Shown piece by piece: positions 26,520 through 41,359 of a stretch of 64,000 nucleotides of DNA (position 1 is the first letter of the stretch; every line of letters starts with the position of its first letter). The DNA is from Octopus vulgaris (taxonomy: Eukaryota): positions 147,312,001-147,376,000 of the forward strand of contig OX597815.1 in assembly GCA_951406725.2 (NCBI GenBank), read 5' to 3'. A program made the position numbers and the translations under genes. Under the pieces are notes generated by a model that was not told the DNA's origin, did not search any database, and saw only the letters and a program-made list of their open reading frames with translations.

Positions 26520-26989
26520 CACATGCATACATACATACATTTCACAAATCCGGTTGGCTAATCTGTAAAATTTACAATTATAACTGGTGTTAGTATTTGT
26601 AAATTACCATTGTACATTGTATGATTGACAAAGAGAGTAGCTGAGTGTCTACGACATATATTTCTTTCACTGATTTTACGCTTGGTCTTCGGCGATGCTG
26701 GAGGAATGACATAAAGTCGATTATGGAAACCTGAATCATTTATCATTCTCTTAGCATAAGAAAGCGGTTAATTCACATTATCTGAAATATTAAAAAAATA
26801 AAATAAAATAAAGATAAAAACAGAGTTTTGTATATTTTACATAGCAATTTATGCAACTTCTTTCCCTTGAAATGGAACGGGTTTCCAGGGTTCAAACCCA
26901 TACTTTCGAGTTATAATAGGTGCTAGTATAATAGTATAGGCTATTTACTATACTCAATCGTATAGTAAGAATAGCATTGCTACTCGGTG

Positions 26990-29140
26990 ATGCCCCAGTT
27001 GGTTCAATGCAAGTCTTTAGTGTTTTACAAATGAGTTTCTTAGCTTTGGATCAAGTAATGAGGTGTGTGTTGAAGTTAGAGAACTGGACTCTTGAAGTAT
27101 GTCAATTTGCGATATAATTTTTGATTTGTTGAAAACGAAGCTAAACAAACTACTTGCATCATTGGCAAACGGCTTCAAACAAGAAAGTGACAGAAACTTA
27201 CATCACAGTACACGTTCGGTATTTTAATCTTATAAGGCGGAAAAGATTTGCCAGCAGGCGGCTACAGGAGTCGAACATGTACTTCTCAGATGCCGGTTGA
27301 GTATTCTACTTATAATATGAAAGAATTATATCCTATTACTTAAAATGCAATATTCGTTTTACTGGGAAGGGACGACATGCCTTTGCAAATGTGTTTCCTT
27401 GTCAACTCTTGTCTGCAATCAACCCCAGTAATAAATCAAAACCAGAATAAGTGAACATTTTTGGCCTAGCTTAACTTCCATTATTCACAGAAACAATATG
27501 ATTTAACAAAAACAACTTGGAAAGACAAGTGACAAATATTAGTTCTAATAATTTATGCTAAATAACATACATGTGAGTGGTCTTTGTTTTGATTTATCTA
27601 TGGGAGGCAAAGCAATGAAGGAAGAGGGAGCCTATGTGGACTGTCACCGGTGAAAGAATTACATATTTATGAATGGGTTACAGAAATATTAATTGTGGTG
27701 TTTATGAACGCCCTTATTAAAGCCCTGATATACTCACAGTGAAAACGCCGGCAAACGAATAACTCGATCTTGAGAAAATTAAGTAGACTGCAGGATACTT
27801 TACTAATTATGGATGGCAAAATAATATACATTATATATCAGCATATTGGGATAAACTCGTGTCATACAACTTAGGTTTGTGCCAAGTTACTGCCGATTAT
27901 ACAGAATTCTAAGGATTACATGGAAGGAAATGCAGAGTGAACGTGACTGGCTGATATATCAAAACGCAATATGCATTACATATATTGGATTCCTATCATT
28001 TAATTCACATTTCGAAGATTTTGGGGTTCTTCATTGGATTTGTCTGAAAGGAATCAGCAAACGTTTTGTTGGATTCAAAAGAATTGTGATGTCCCTGATA
28101 GATGTTCACTTCGAGCTCTATCCACACAAGCTATTATATCTTTATATCTTTATGACAATGAACACAATATAAGAAAGAGAATGATTTTTTTTCCTTTAGT
28201 GCAGTTACGTTGACACACAATTGATGAAAGAGTGAAATTATTCGCCATTGTTATTATTTGGAAATGAATTGCAGGTATTGTAGCATCTTAAAAGACCAAT
28301 TCAGCATACAAAATGAAAAGATTTCTCTGGGTGAATAAAGGCATGATATACTAAATGTTTTGCTCTGAACTCATTTCCTTAAACATGACACCATGCTAAT
28401 ATCGATATTAAACCTTGTAGGGGAGTAAAGAAAGGTTCATATATATATATACATATATATATATACATATATATACACACATATATATATATATACACAC
28501 ACATATATATACACACACACTCACACACACACACACGCACACACATATATATATATACATATACATTTACACACACATATATATGTACACATACACACAT
28601 ATATACATATATATAAATATAAAATAGATGCGTGAAACCTAAAAAAATTATTCAGATCTTCTTTGCCAGAATACAAAGGGTATATAGATGCAGCTGTTGT
28701 CATTCTGCATGCGGAGTGTAAACCTACTTTTACCGAATATAATTGAAGATCTTGTGAAAGAGTTCAAATATATGTTAGTTTCCTAGTATTTAATTTACAT
28801 TTTGAAAGTTATTGGGTTCTGTATTGGATTTGTCTGAAAGAAATCGGCAAAGGTTTTAGTCAATTCAACAAAATAGTGTTGACAATAATAGATGCTCACT
28901 TAGTGCTCCGTCAAAATAAACCATTATATCTATCTATGACAATGAAAGAAATATAATACATAGAAATACAAAAAAAAAAAAACAGAGAGAGAGATGGGGG
29001 GGAGGAAATTATATTCTTTAGTGCAGTTGATTTGATACACAATGATGAAATAGATTGAAAATTATTCCCCATTGTAAATAACTGGAAATGAATTGCAGAA
29101 AAATATCAGAAAGTTAAAGGAAATTGCAATTGACATTTGA
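26990..29140 (+). pseudogene. Probable decayed multi-domain C-type lectin sequence
   Basis: Interrupted motifs: CPSWFNASL*CF..FLSF..SNEVC (~26992), WTVTGERITY (~27638), ITWKE..HWICLK (27915-28050), SG*IK..TKCFALN..T*HHA (28326-28397), and YWICLK (~28822). Diverged internal duplication ~27990-28275 vs ~28780-29100. Confidence 0.4.
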
Positions 29141-32100
29141 AACAATAAACATGTATTTACAATGCAGCAAAGAAAATGAAACATGTATCTGTTATACAAA
29201 ATTACTGTACGTTCTTATATTTAACATATTCATTCAATAAATATGGCTTGTTATCAATCACAGATCTCATAAAATAATATAAAATGAATATTATCAAAAT
29301 TCTAGAATGAAATTGCTTTGAGAAAGATGATTTCCGGCAGAACTAGTGGAGAACAAATGTAGGTAAGTGTAATAAGAAAACGAAAACATATTTGAAATTG
29401 ATGATTTGGTGAACATATTATGTTTTATTTTATATATTGTATTTCATATGTTTTTCGTGATATATCCATTACTTTCATACATAATATAGTAATATTATAT
29501 TTCAGGGAAATAGATGAATGTAATCAGTACGTAAGTAATAGTAAAGCCCTATAAGGAAAAATTAAAATAAACATAAGATGGAATAATAAAAAGCAATCAG
29601 AAGAAAAATAAGTAATATTCAATATAATGTATTGCAAAATTTAGCTGTTTAAATGAAGCAATTTATTGTATATTATAACATATAAAATATCACATCATAT
29701 CTTAATGTTCTCAGAAAATTTCTAATATATATAATGTTTCCTTAAATGTATAAGCATGCATATATATATATATATATATATATATGTATTACTTATTCCT
29801 TTTGGAATTATTGTTATATGTTTTATTAAGCCCCGTTTTTTTTTTTTATTTTGATTTGGAAGAAACCAAATTGTAAAAGAAATTTGATATTTTCTGTTAC
29901 GCATATTTATCAATTTATATCACAATTCTACGCACGCATATGCTCCAGCATATGAACGTGTGCATCTGTGTATATATGTGTAGATATGAGTGTGTCTGCG
30001 TGTGTGTGTTTATATACACACACACATATATATAAATGCTCATACACAGGCATGTTTATAGGTATGCATGAATAGGTGTGCGTGTCTCTGCATATATATA
30101 TATACACACACATATATATACATGCACACACAAGCACGCACACCTATACATACATATCTCTGCACATGCCTGTGTATGAACATCTAAGCATGTATATTGT
30201 TTATGTGTATTTGGACATCAGTTTTTAGTATGCATTCATATGTATATGATATAAGAGTGTTTTTGTGATAAAGCGGTCTATGTGTTGCATCAAATATTTC
30301 AGCGAGCATAACTGTAAACCTGTCCCCTTTCCCAACTACACAAATACCGCTGGTTAACAGCAAGTTGAAAGAGACACCAAAATACATAATATTTTCTCTT
30401 CAGTAGGTTTTCTTTCTAATAGCAAACCCAAGACAAATTGATTTTCTTTTGACACATATTGACTGCGCCCATTGATCCCATATTAATTTTAACCGTATCT
30501 TCCCAACTATCAGCAATTTTCTGTCAATTGAGATCGTCAGCTTCTTTATGAATTACATGAATTCTTCCCCATATGAATCTATGCACACGTTATCATAAGG
30601 CACAAACAGTGGTGAAAACCGTGTTCCAGGTGATCCTTACAAAATGAGGTATGAAACTCTCCTTTGAACTCACTTCATTTTGGGAAGAACGTGACGATCC
30701 ATAGCACATGTAGGATGAAGGCTGCAGTATATATTCTCTTTGTATAATCTGCAAATATTTTCCCAGATTAATCTTTTGGCTTAATCTGAAGATATGATAT
30801 GCACCTATGTAAACTTTTATTTTTTAATATAAGATAGGAATTACGCCAGCTTTAAGAAAATGAGGCGAGTGCAGAAATAGCTATATCAGTCATTCATTTA
30901 CCTACAAAATACTATCAACCTTGCAACTAATACGTGTTAACCTTGCAACTAAAACGTCGTCTCACCTAATATCCTAAGCATTTTAATATCTAGGAAGAAC
31001 AACGAGAACTGCATTTGAGAATGAACCGTTGATCAAGGAATGCATATGAATATGGTAGCGATATTTATGCATTTAGGTACTTGCCAAACAGAAGCGTCGA
31101 ACTCTCAGCATATTTGTTACCAAAGTTGTTATAAATATTTAGTCACTTCGCTATAGAAAGGACTTCTACGCACAGAAATGTAACAACAGTGCTCGTAAAA
31201 AGTATTATCAATTAGGACAACGTTACGTTGGATAGATATTTATATACATAAGCCAATCATGGCGACTAGTTTATTATATTGGTCGTGTAACACATTCATA
31301 TGCATTTAATCATTTACGGTGCTACAAAGAATATTGATAAAATTTCAGCCAAAACACTATATACAGACAGATCAGAATATATATATTCTATCTAATATAG
31401 TAAAAATGACGAAAGCACGTTATTGTTTCAGCTCAATTCTAGCATCCTTTTATGAAAGAAGATGAAAATAGAAGCGCATTTTTCATGTGTTTGTATTGGT
31501 CTAGATACGATAGTCAAGGATATGCTGTCACATCGACACTGTATGAATGGTTAACCTCTGACTATATTCCAAGGTGTATTTAATCTGTACTATATTGATG
31601 TGTAGCTTATTGTATATACTATACCCTCAAAATAATAATTGTTAGTCCAGTTATATTAGATTATATTTTCAGTGGAAATTCTCGAGTGAATCGTAAGTTA
31701 TCTTGAAATAATTGACGATATAAATTCTTTTGCGCTTTATGATAAAATATAGTATAACACGAAACTACGATATTATTCCCCCAAATTATATAGTACGGAA
31801 TTTCAGATATCTCTAAAGGAAAACTAATAGGTTTCATCATAAAATGATTTAAAATTGAAATATTGGTGTCCTGAAAATGACATGTTCAGGGATGATGTAC
31901 GAACACTGAGCAGCACCTAGGCCTTTAGTAATGATATATATAAATATATATATATGTATGTGTGTGTGTGTATGTGTGTGTGTGTATGTATATGTTCGTG
32001 TGTGTATGTATGTATGTATGTACGTATGTGTGCATGTATTCCATTATTCATGTAAGGAGTCACATGAAAAATATGTATTCTCTCTCTTCAATTTTCAATC

Positions 32101-32401
32101 AAAACAATAAAATAAATAAAAAACTTAAAAGCGATTCTCTCTCACTTTCTCACTCACACACACACACACACTCTCTCTCTCCCTCTCTCGCTCTCTCTAT
32201 CTATCTATCTGTCTTCTTCACTATCATTACATAGCAACCTCTACTGAGCCGAACTCGTATATATGAGTGTGTGGGTGTATGTGGTATCTGTGTATATGTG
32301 CATGCATGTGAGTGTGGATGTGCGTGTGTATGTTTGTGTGCACCGTGATTGTAATTCGGTGCAATATTGCACTATGGAGTAGAAACACTTTCCTAATTTA
32401 A

Positions 32402-32632
32402 GGCGGAGAGCTGGCAGAAACGTTAGCACACCGGGCGAAATGCTTAGTGGTATTTCGTCTGCCGCTACGTTCTGAGTTCAAATTCCACTTAGGTCGACTT
32501 TGCCTTTCATTCTTTCGGGGTCGATAAATTAAGTACCAGTTAGGCACTGGGGTCGATGTAATCGACTTAATCCCTTTGTCTATCTTTGTTTGTCCCCTCC
32601 ATATTTAGCCCCTTGTGGGCAATAAAGAAATA
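32402..32632 (+). mobile_element. SINE family A (degenerate relatives at 33965-34170, 35293-35460, 35500-35680)
   Basis: Direct sequence match to the other copies. Confidence 0.85.
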
Positions 32633-34404
32633 AGAAACACTTGCCTAATTTATGAAGCTTTTTTTTTCTTCTAGAAAATGCATTGTCCATTAGATTTATT
32701 TCAAAATATACCCCACTGCAGAGCACAATGAAGCGTAATGTTCTAATCATTTTTAATGTCCTTAGTAAGCGATGTTGTTGTTTGTTCCATCGCGAGCCAC
32801 GCCTGGCTCGTAGGGTCTGTTTCCCGGTTTCCTTTGGACGGGACACCGGTCCATCGCAGGTGAGCTGCAAGATGCAGAGTGAGAGAAATTTGTGACGAAA
32901 GAGTCAGCAAAAGTTCGCCATTACCTTCTGCCGGAGCCGCGCGGGGCTTAGGTGTTTCGCTCTTAAACACACATATCGCCTGGTCTGAGATTCAAACCCG
33001 CGATCACTGGATCGCGAGTTCGCTGCTCTAACCACTAGGCCTGTGCCTCCACACTTAGTGTGAGAGGAGAGGATAAATTATCGTTCTCTGTCGATCTTAA
33101 CCATTTAGAACAAACTGCTGTTGCGACATTTATATTCTTTTATTGTTTAATATGATTGCGTTTTTAATCGATGAATATATTTTGCTTGATAGCAATTGGC
33201 TTTTTAAGTATTGCGTTCCATTTAAGTCAGTAAAAGGATTAACATTTAAACAATTATTGAATATAATTCGAATTAAATTATAAATCATAATCTACATATG
33301 AAAGGATACAAGGTATACTTTCTAAAGTAAGTATAGAAAAGGATTTAGATATAAATCATTGCTACACAGAATATTTGTTAAAGATAAATGGCACTAACAC
33401 TTGCTTGAAATGCTAGTGCGATCAATCTGGGACAGATCTAAGAGCAAGATCTCCGTTGTTAGACAATATATATTTTTTGTTTACAAAATTCACTGACCGT
33501 AACGTTTCTCTATCTTCAGTTTGAAGCGAGGCCGTATGCCTGCAGCCATTAGAATCCGACGAGACGTCTACAAGGCTAAGCGATTTATGGATGCAAAGCC
33601 ATTGGTCAATCCATGACCGGCCGTATAACTGACTTCCTACACAAGCGCACACGTACACACACGCACACACATACACACACACACGCGCGCGCATTCAAAT
33701 ATCTGAGATTGTGAGCTGGAACGGAAACAATTGCAGCGTGGAAGGTGTTTAAACAATTTAAATAATTGCAGCGTGGAAGCCATTTAAAACACAAAAACCG
33801 TTAGATTCACTTCAACATTTAAAATTAATGAAGTGAATCTAACGGTTTTTGTGCTTTAAATGCAATTGTTTGTTCCGCCGTTTTGGTATCAAATCAAACG
33901 TCCTTGTGTGATTGGGACACGCAACCCCTCAATCGGTTTACGATCAATATATGCCGCTTGCTTAAGGCGGCAATCTAACAGAATTGGTAGCAGGACGGTA
34001 AAAAACGCTTAGCGGCATTTCATCCGTCTCCATGCTCTGAGTTCAAATTCCACCGAGGTCGATTTTGCTTTTGATGGTTTAGGGATCGATGAAGTAAGTA
34101 GCAATTGAGCATTTCTGTCGAGGTAAACTTGCTCTCCCCAATTTACTGGTATTGTGCTAAAATTTAAAACTAATCTTTAACATCGTTGCTTGTTTCATAT
34201 TTCACGATAATTCAATCTTTTGAACCAGGTGTCCCGTTTGGGGTTACTTCCTTGATTCCTATCTTTTGTGTGGACAAAATTTTCTTGATAAAAAAAGAAA
34301 GTTTCAATTGTTAGCTTTTAGGATAAACATAATCTTCTTTGTTTCATGAAAGAATGTTCAAATTGTGAGTCCCATTCCTTCATCAAGTGTACTTATACTG
34401 TATT

Positions 34405-34601
34405 CTTTTATTCTTTTAGTATTCTCTTAATTGTTTCAGTCATTTGGCTGCGGCTATGCTGGAGCACCGCCTTTAGTCGAGCAAATGGATCCCAGGACTT
34501 ATTCTTTGTAAGCCTAGTACTTCTTCTATCGGTGTCATTTGCCGAACCGCTAGATAACCTGGGCGTAAGCACACCAGCATCGGTTGTCAAGTGATGGTGA
34601 G

Positions 34602-34667
<66 letters not shown>

Positions 34668-34831
34668 GACGGCTTCTTTCAGTTTCCGTCTACCAAATCC
34701 ACTCACAAGGCTTTGTTCGGCCCGAGGCTATATTAGAGTACACTTGCCCAAGTTTGCACGCAGTGGGACTAAAAAGAACGCAACCATGTGGTTGGTAAGC
34801 AAGCTACTTACCACACAGCCACTCCTGCGGC
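34405..34831 (-). mobile_element. SINE family B, complete, with internal CA/TA microsatellite (also 43888-44253 -, 55255-55620 -)
   Basis: Reverse complement of the head and tail seen at 61890-63075. Confidence 0.85.
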
Positions 34832-36064
34832 ATTTATAAGTTTCTTCATTTGAAACTTGCATTAATAAGATTTTGAACTATATACACTTAACTTTATTAA
34901 ATATAGAATCCTAAGAAGAAATTTATTCCTTAATTGGAATGTACGCCTTCTATCACAGATGCCAAGGAAACTATCTTACTGAAACTAAACGTAAGATATT
35001 TGCAGATAAGCCACATCCCATCATACTGCTATGGGCATAATTGTATACACTTTAATATTTTTAACCCAATGCCATTTACATAGATTATAAAATTGCATGG
35101 AGAACTCTATAATATAGTATTAGCCTGTCGTATATATTTATATGTATGTATGTGTTTCTGTGTGTTTAAGTACCCCGTAACGCAAAGAGACCAATAGATT
35201 AAGTCCTGTCTGCAGTCAACTGACTGAACCAAGTAAAAGAGTTAAAGAGTAAGTTATAATTGAACAGAAAATTCGAGCCTAATATATTGGTTTCATATTT
35301 TGGCACAAGGCCATCAAGGTTGGCTGGAGGTGGTAAGCTGATTACATAGAACCGATTGGATGAAAGCAATGTCGGCCGTAGTGAAATTTAAACTAAGACT
35401 ATCAGAATGGACGACATGACGCTAAGAATTTTTCCCGGCGTGTTGATGACTCTGCTAGGATGGTGCCTGAGTTAGATTATAATATAGGTATTGCCACAGA
35501 ATTTGCCACATGGCTAGTAATTTTGGTAGAAGGGGTAAGTCAATTACATCGACCCCAGAGATGAATTAGTACTATATTATCAACCCCAATATTATGAAAG
35601 GCAAAGTTGACCACGATGGAATATGAACTGAGAAAGTAAAGACGGACAAAATGCTGTTAAGCATTCTGCCCAACGTGTTGACAATTAGGTAGATTAAAAT
35701 AATGCCTGAAAATGTTATAACATATAAAAGCAATGAACATATGGAATTTACAATTGAATCGTCATGTTGTGTGTAACATATCAGGAAACAATATACGGTT
35801 AAAATATTTGTTATATAAAATACCATAAGTAGAAAACTTATAAGATGCGCTGAAAATTCTTAGAAGACACAATTATACAGCAGGAACCAAGAACTGATTG
35901 TAAGGGTAAACCTTAGAAAAGTATTTCACTAAAAAATGACATATGTTTTGAATCAGGCTTTTAGAAGTTTATTTCCCAAAATTTCTAGAGCGGAAAAACA
36001 ATTTCCTTGGATTTCCTTAAGACGAAACGCAGTAGAAATCTAACAACTATATATATATATAATG

Positions 36065-36558
<494 letters not shown>

Positions 36559-36663
36559 TATATGTATATATGTATCTATCTATGTATGTATATATCAATA
36601 TATATATATATATGTACATATATATACACATACATAATTAAATGTATATATATATATATACAT

Positions 36664-36728
<65 letters not shown>

Positions 36729-38927
36729 ATATATAGCTTAGATCATTGATCTACGCGAATTTGAATTCTATACATTCGAGAAGGTTCTTTATTTCCATTT
36801 GCTGTAAAGACATTTTGGTGCCTACCTTTTGGCACTTTCTTACTTATTTTTGATTAAAATGGCCACGCTTAAATATTCAGTCTGTTTCTTCCTGCGAATT
36901 GCCTCCACCCTTTGTCTGCTATTGTCGGCAATGTGAATTTGCCAACACATGTATTCTATTAATTCAAAATTGAATAAACAATTGGAAAAGGAATGCAAAA
37001 TATATTATTCAACTCCAGGATATGAAAGATAAATTTAAAATAGGCGCTTGAAGTATTATTATATTTTCTAGGGATGACTTTCTGTATATATTTATTGAAA
37101 TATCAGAATAATACAATTATAGTATTTGCTTTTACAAATACAGAAGAATGAATTTCATTTGTTAATAAAACTACATTTATATGAAAGTGGATATTTTGTT
37201 TTTATTATATTATCTTTGGACATTTTTTTAATACCAAAAGATTTACAATGAGAGATAACTGTTGAATGGTTTTTCAGTAAATATTTATCAATAGAAATAT
37301 ATGATGTTTATCATAAATAAGGTAGGAAGGAATTATTATTAAAATATAATTCTATAATGGCTACTTAATTCCATTTAGACATCTAAAATTAATTTCCTCT
37401 CCCGTACTTGCAACTATGATTTAAAATATATTAGAATTTCGCCCAGTATAATATTGTTAGTTAACCTCCACATAATTAATGCTAATGAAATTTTAAATCT
37501 GTTTGTATTACGTATGTTAACAATATCTTAAGTATTCGTTGTCATAATTATGGCACCTCTGAAAAATTATTGACTCCGATACATATATACACGCACATAC
37601 ATACGTCTGTATGTATGTATGTATGTATGTATGTATGTATGTATGTATGTATGTATGTATGTATGCATGCATGTATGTATGTATGTATGTATGTATGTAT
37701 GTATGTATGTGTGTGTGTGTGTGTGTGTGCATGAATGTATGAATGTATGAATAATTCAACTAAATTTGAAAACTGTGAATTTCAGCGTATGGGAAGATAT
37801 TTAAGCCTGAGTTTATATCCTACTTGGTCAGCTCTGCCTTTTATCATTTTAGATACATAAAACAATATACACCCATAACAAATTGGCTTGTGAGACTTAA
37901 AACTTCGCTGCACAAAATAAATTGTGTTGTTTGTTGAAAAACTCTAATATACGTGTACGTAGACAGGTGCGGTAAAATTCTCTGTATCTAGGTTGGGGGG
38001 AATATACCCTACAACATTTATTCACACGTGCATTCTCATATATAAAATCTCTACATAATAAACAAATAATATCTCACAAATATTACCAGTGCCCCATCCA
38101 TGATATGATGGAGAGCACGGTATATCGTGCATCTCTCTCCGACTAAGTATATATAAAAAGTTTATAGGTTACTGATAAAAATGTATGAATCTGATTAAAA
38201 CAACTCTTAAGCTCTTCGCTAATACAGCTAATATAAATAGGCCAGTCTAACAGAAACGTTTTTTAATTGGTATAACAGTCCATGTAATCCCTAGGCGAGA
38301 TACGAAGCCTAATTCGTTCGCTGGAGATGGACTTCACCTTAGCATTATCTGGAGCATTGTTCCAATTAGAAAACATTTTGCTTGCATAACCAAGTTAATA
38401 TGGTATCTTTTCACAGAGTAATATACATGAACAGGCTTAACTAATCAACAAATTTCATCGTACGATGACCAATATGGAAGTTTGTGGTTATCAAATTTCA
38501 ATACCCTATGTTGACACTATTCAACCATGATAAGAGACAACAATAAACTAAAGCTGATGGCTACAAAAGAGTGACTGAGTTCCATGTAAAAACAACAGGG
38601 AACAGCTCCCTTGCCCAATCCGTCTTTTATTTCCTGGCTTCTTCTTTCTTTCACTGTCTCTCTGTCTCTCACTATATTCCTCTTTCTCCTTTTCTTCACT
38701 TCAATTTCGTTTTTTCTTCGCGCCACTTTACTTATATCATTATTTTGTTTTCATATAAGTTGGCACTTCATATGGTGATTCAGAAAACAATTGCATTTTC
38801 AACGGTCGGGCATTCTCTTTCGATCGATTAATCGACAGATTAAGTAAACGAAACGGGAATACATGTCAGAAACAGCTATAAATCTACAATGCAGTGTAAA
38901 TACTTGTATAAAACCTATTATTTATGC

Positions 38928-38962
<35 letters not shown>

Positions 38963-39142
38963 TCGCCATGATAGATCGCTAGCCACTACACATTCTTTAT
39001 TTTTCTCTCCTTGTTTTTTTCTGTGTTCGTTTCTGTGAAAGAGCGTAGGCTCGAAACGTTTTACTTCACGAGCGTTAAACTAATACATATGTTTGTTGTC
39101 TACTCCACCTATCTTCGTCTTTTGTTTTTTTTTGTGAATTCT

Positions 39143-39178
<36 letters not shown>

Positions 39179-39800
39179 AATATAAGGATAAAATGTACAT
39201 AATATTTTATCAAGTAGCCAGCATGTAAAAGCAATTAATGTAAACATTTAGTACTAAGTATAAAGTATATCTATTTTCAAAACTACATTATTAAATTAAG
39301 AGGTAATACTATAAGTAAAGGGATGCTAAAGTCAAACTACTTTATCAAAATATACACACGCGCTGAAGTCGAGGAAATGAACAAAGAAAAAATACTTTTC
39401 AAATGGTTCAGTTGCATATCGAAATGATTTCATGGTTAGCGCTGCAGCAGGCACTTAACCCGTCAGTGCAAACAGAACCGGAAATCTATAAATATAAACA
39501 CCTATACATACCATACGAAGACAACGTATCCAGAGATCATATACAAATGTTCTCACTTACACATCTATGAAAGTATTTATATCTTGTTCCTCTCAGCCAC
39601 GTGTGTATAACGAAAATAATTCAGAACCGATTATATTCGGGTTTAATATTTATTAATTAGATATAAGGATAAACTCTATAAAAGATTTTGTCAAGTAGCC
39701 AATATAGATCTATTCCAATAACTTTTTAAACAAATCCATTGTAATACGATTTTAACTAGCATCTGTATCATTCGATCTACTACACTGAAATTCATCCATT

Positions 39801-39889
39801 TCTCTGACGAGTGGATATACTTTCTAATAATGGTTATCCGTTTTGGATTTAATTTCGAAAAGTAGTATATTCATGAAACGATCGTAAGA
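39801..39889 (+). ncRNA. Type I hammerhead ribozyme with long stem II
   Basis: TCT-CTGACGA-GTGGATATAC...GTATATTCAT-GAAAC GATC GTA-AGA. Canonical core, palindromic ACGATCGT. Confidence 0.8.
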
Positions 39890-39899
39890 TCTCTCAAAA

Positions 39900-39972
<73 letters not shown>

Positions 39973-40061
39973 GTTATTATTATTTTTATTAATATTATTA
40001 TTATTATTGTTATTATTATTATTATTATTATTATTAGTAGTAGTAGTAGTCGTAATTATAA

Positions 40062-40097
<36 letters not shown>
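39900..40097. repeat. (TTA)n/(TAA)n microsatellite with strand switch
   Basis: A TTA run, a short TAG run, then a TAA run. Confidence 0.95.
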
Positions 40098-40525
40098 AGG
40101 ATGGGCTACAGCAAATATTCTGCTCAATACCACAGATTTGCTTGTCAGTTGCTTGACATTAAACAGTTGAGCACGTCCCTTAGTGACTGGCGGTATGTGC
40201 ATCTCTGATCACGAGCACAAGTAGTGGGGGAGCATCATAGCCATGTGTTCAGAGGGATTCTTTAGAGTTTGCATAATTCACCCTTGGAAACAAAACTTAT
40301 TCCGGGACCTTTTGAGCGGCATGGGTTACTCGACCTAAATAAAATTCTAACTGCGCCCTACCTGCAAGGTTATGCGCTGTCTTTCTTAATTTGAGATCAC
40401 TATGTCGCGCACATATAGTTGTGATGCATGTGCCAGGTACTCATGATGGGTATACTGGGCTTCGTATATTTTACCCCAGTGCCACTTTGATGGCATGCAC
40501 TGCTCTCTCACTCAATGATAATAAC
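40098..40525. mobile_element. Non-coding interspersed insert bounded by TAA repeats (SINE-like)
   Basis: GC-richer block between (TAA)n and ...CTCTCACTCAATGATAATAA. Single copy in the window. Confidence 0.35.
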
Positions 40526-40529
40526 AATG

Positions 40530-41030
40530 ACCAAACCATAGAAAGTCACGGAAAATGAAAACTACAAAATCATGCTGGATACAATGATCCAGTGCGATTG
40601 CCTGACCAGTTATAGGCAACCGGACATTGTCGTAGTGAATAATAAAAAAGAACATGTCTGATAATCAACATAGCATGCGGCGGTGACAACTGAATCAATG
40701 TGAAAGAATGAGAAAAATATAATCAAAGATGACGATTTAAAGTGGGAAATACGAAGGTTGTGATCAATGAAGAGAGTAGACGAGATACCAATAGTGGTTG
40801 GTGCACTTGGAAGTATCAGCACTAAACTACCAACGTGGCTGAAAAAAATTGGTGCAAGTGTTAAGATAGAACACCTACAAAAATAAGCATTGCTGGGCAC
40901 TGCAAGAATTTTTTGCAAGGTTCTTGAAATATGACTAATAAATAAGTTTCACCTTAGTCTGCTAGCCGTGGACACCAGACGCTTTCCATCACACCCAGCA
41001 AAATAAGATTTGAGTTTTCATATAATAATA
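40530..41030 (+). mobile_element. 3' fragment of RLE-type non-LTR retrotransposon (R4/Dong-like)
   Basis: KVTENENYKIMLD..IQCD..RQPDIVVV..(PD-D/ExK nuclease)..EIPIVVGALG..EHLQK*ALLGTARIFCKVL, followed by a TAA tail. Confidence 0.75.
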
Positions 41031-41059
41031 ATTATTATTTATATTATTATTATACTAAT

Positions 41060-41358
41060 GATAATTCCCTTAAAATATGAAATATTAAGAATTTGGAGCA
41101 TGTGAACAGTAAAAGTCATGCCTATAACAGGTGTGTTTGGAACGGTAAGCCAAGATATAGATGAATAGCTGAAGGAGACTGAAATAGAATGCTTGGCAGA
41201 GCTCCTAGTGAAAGTTTGTCTCTTAGGGACAGCAAAGATTATCAGTAGGATTTTAGGCTGAAAACTTGTGGACACCTAACGTTACACGTAGTAACCCGCT
41301 AACGTCATAAATCCTACCAGGAATAAGACCTGCGCCAAGTCAAAATAATGATAATAAT
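41060..41358 (+). mobile_element. Second, shorter R4/Dong-like 3' fragment
   Basis: LKYEILRIW..VKVMPI.G.FG..KVCLLGTAKIISRIL, ending in TAA repeats. Confidence 0.65.
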
Positions 41359-41359
41359 T

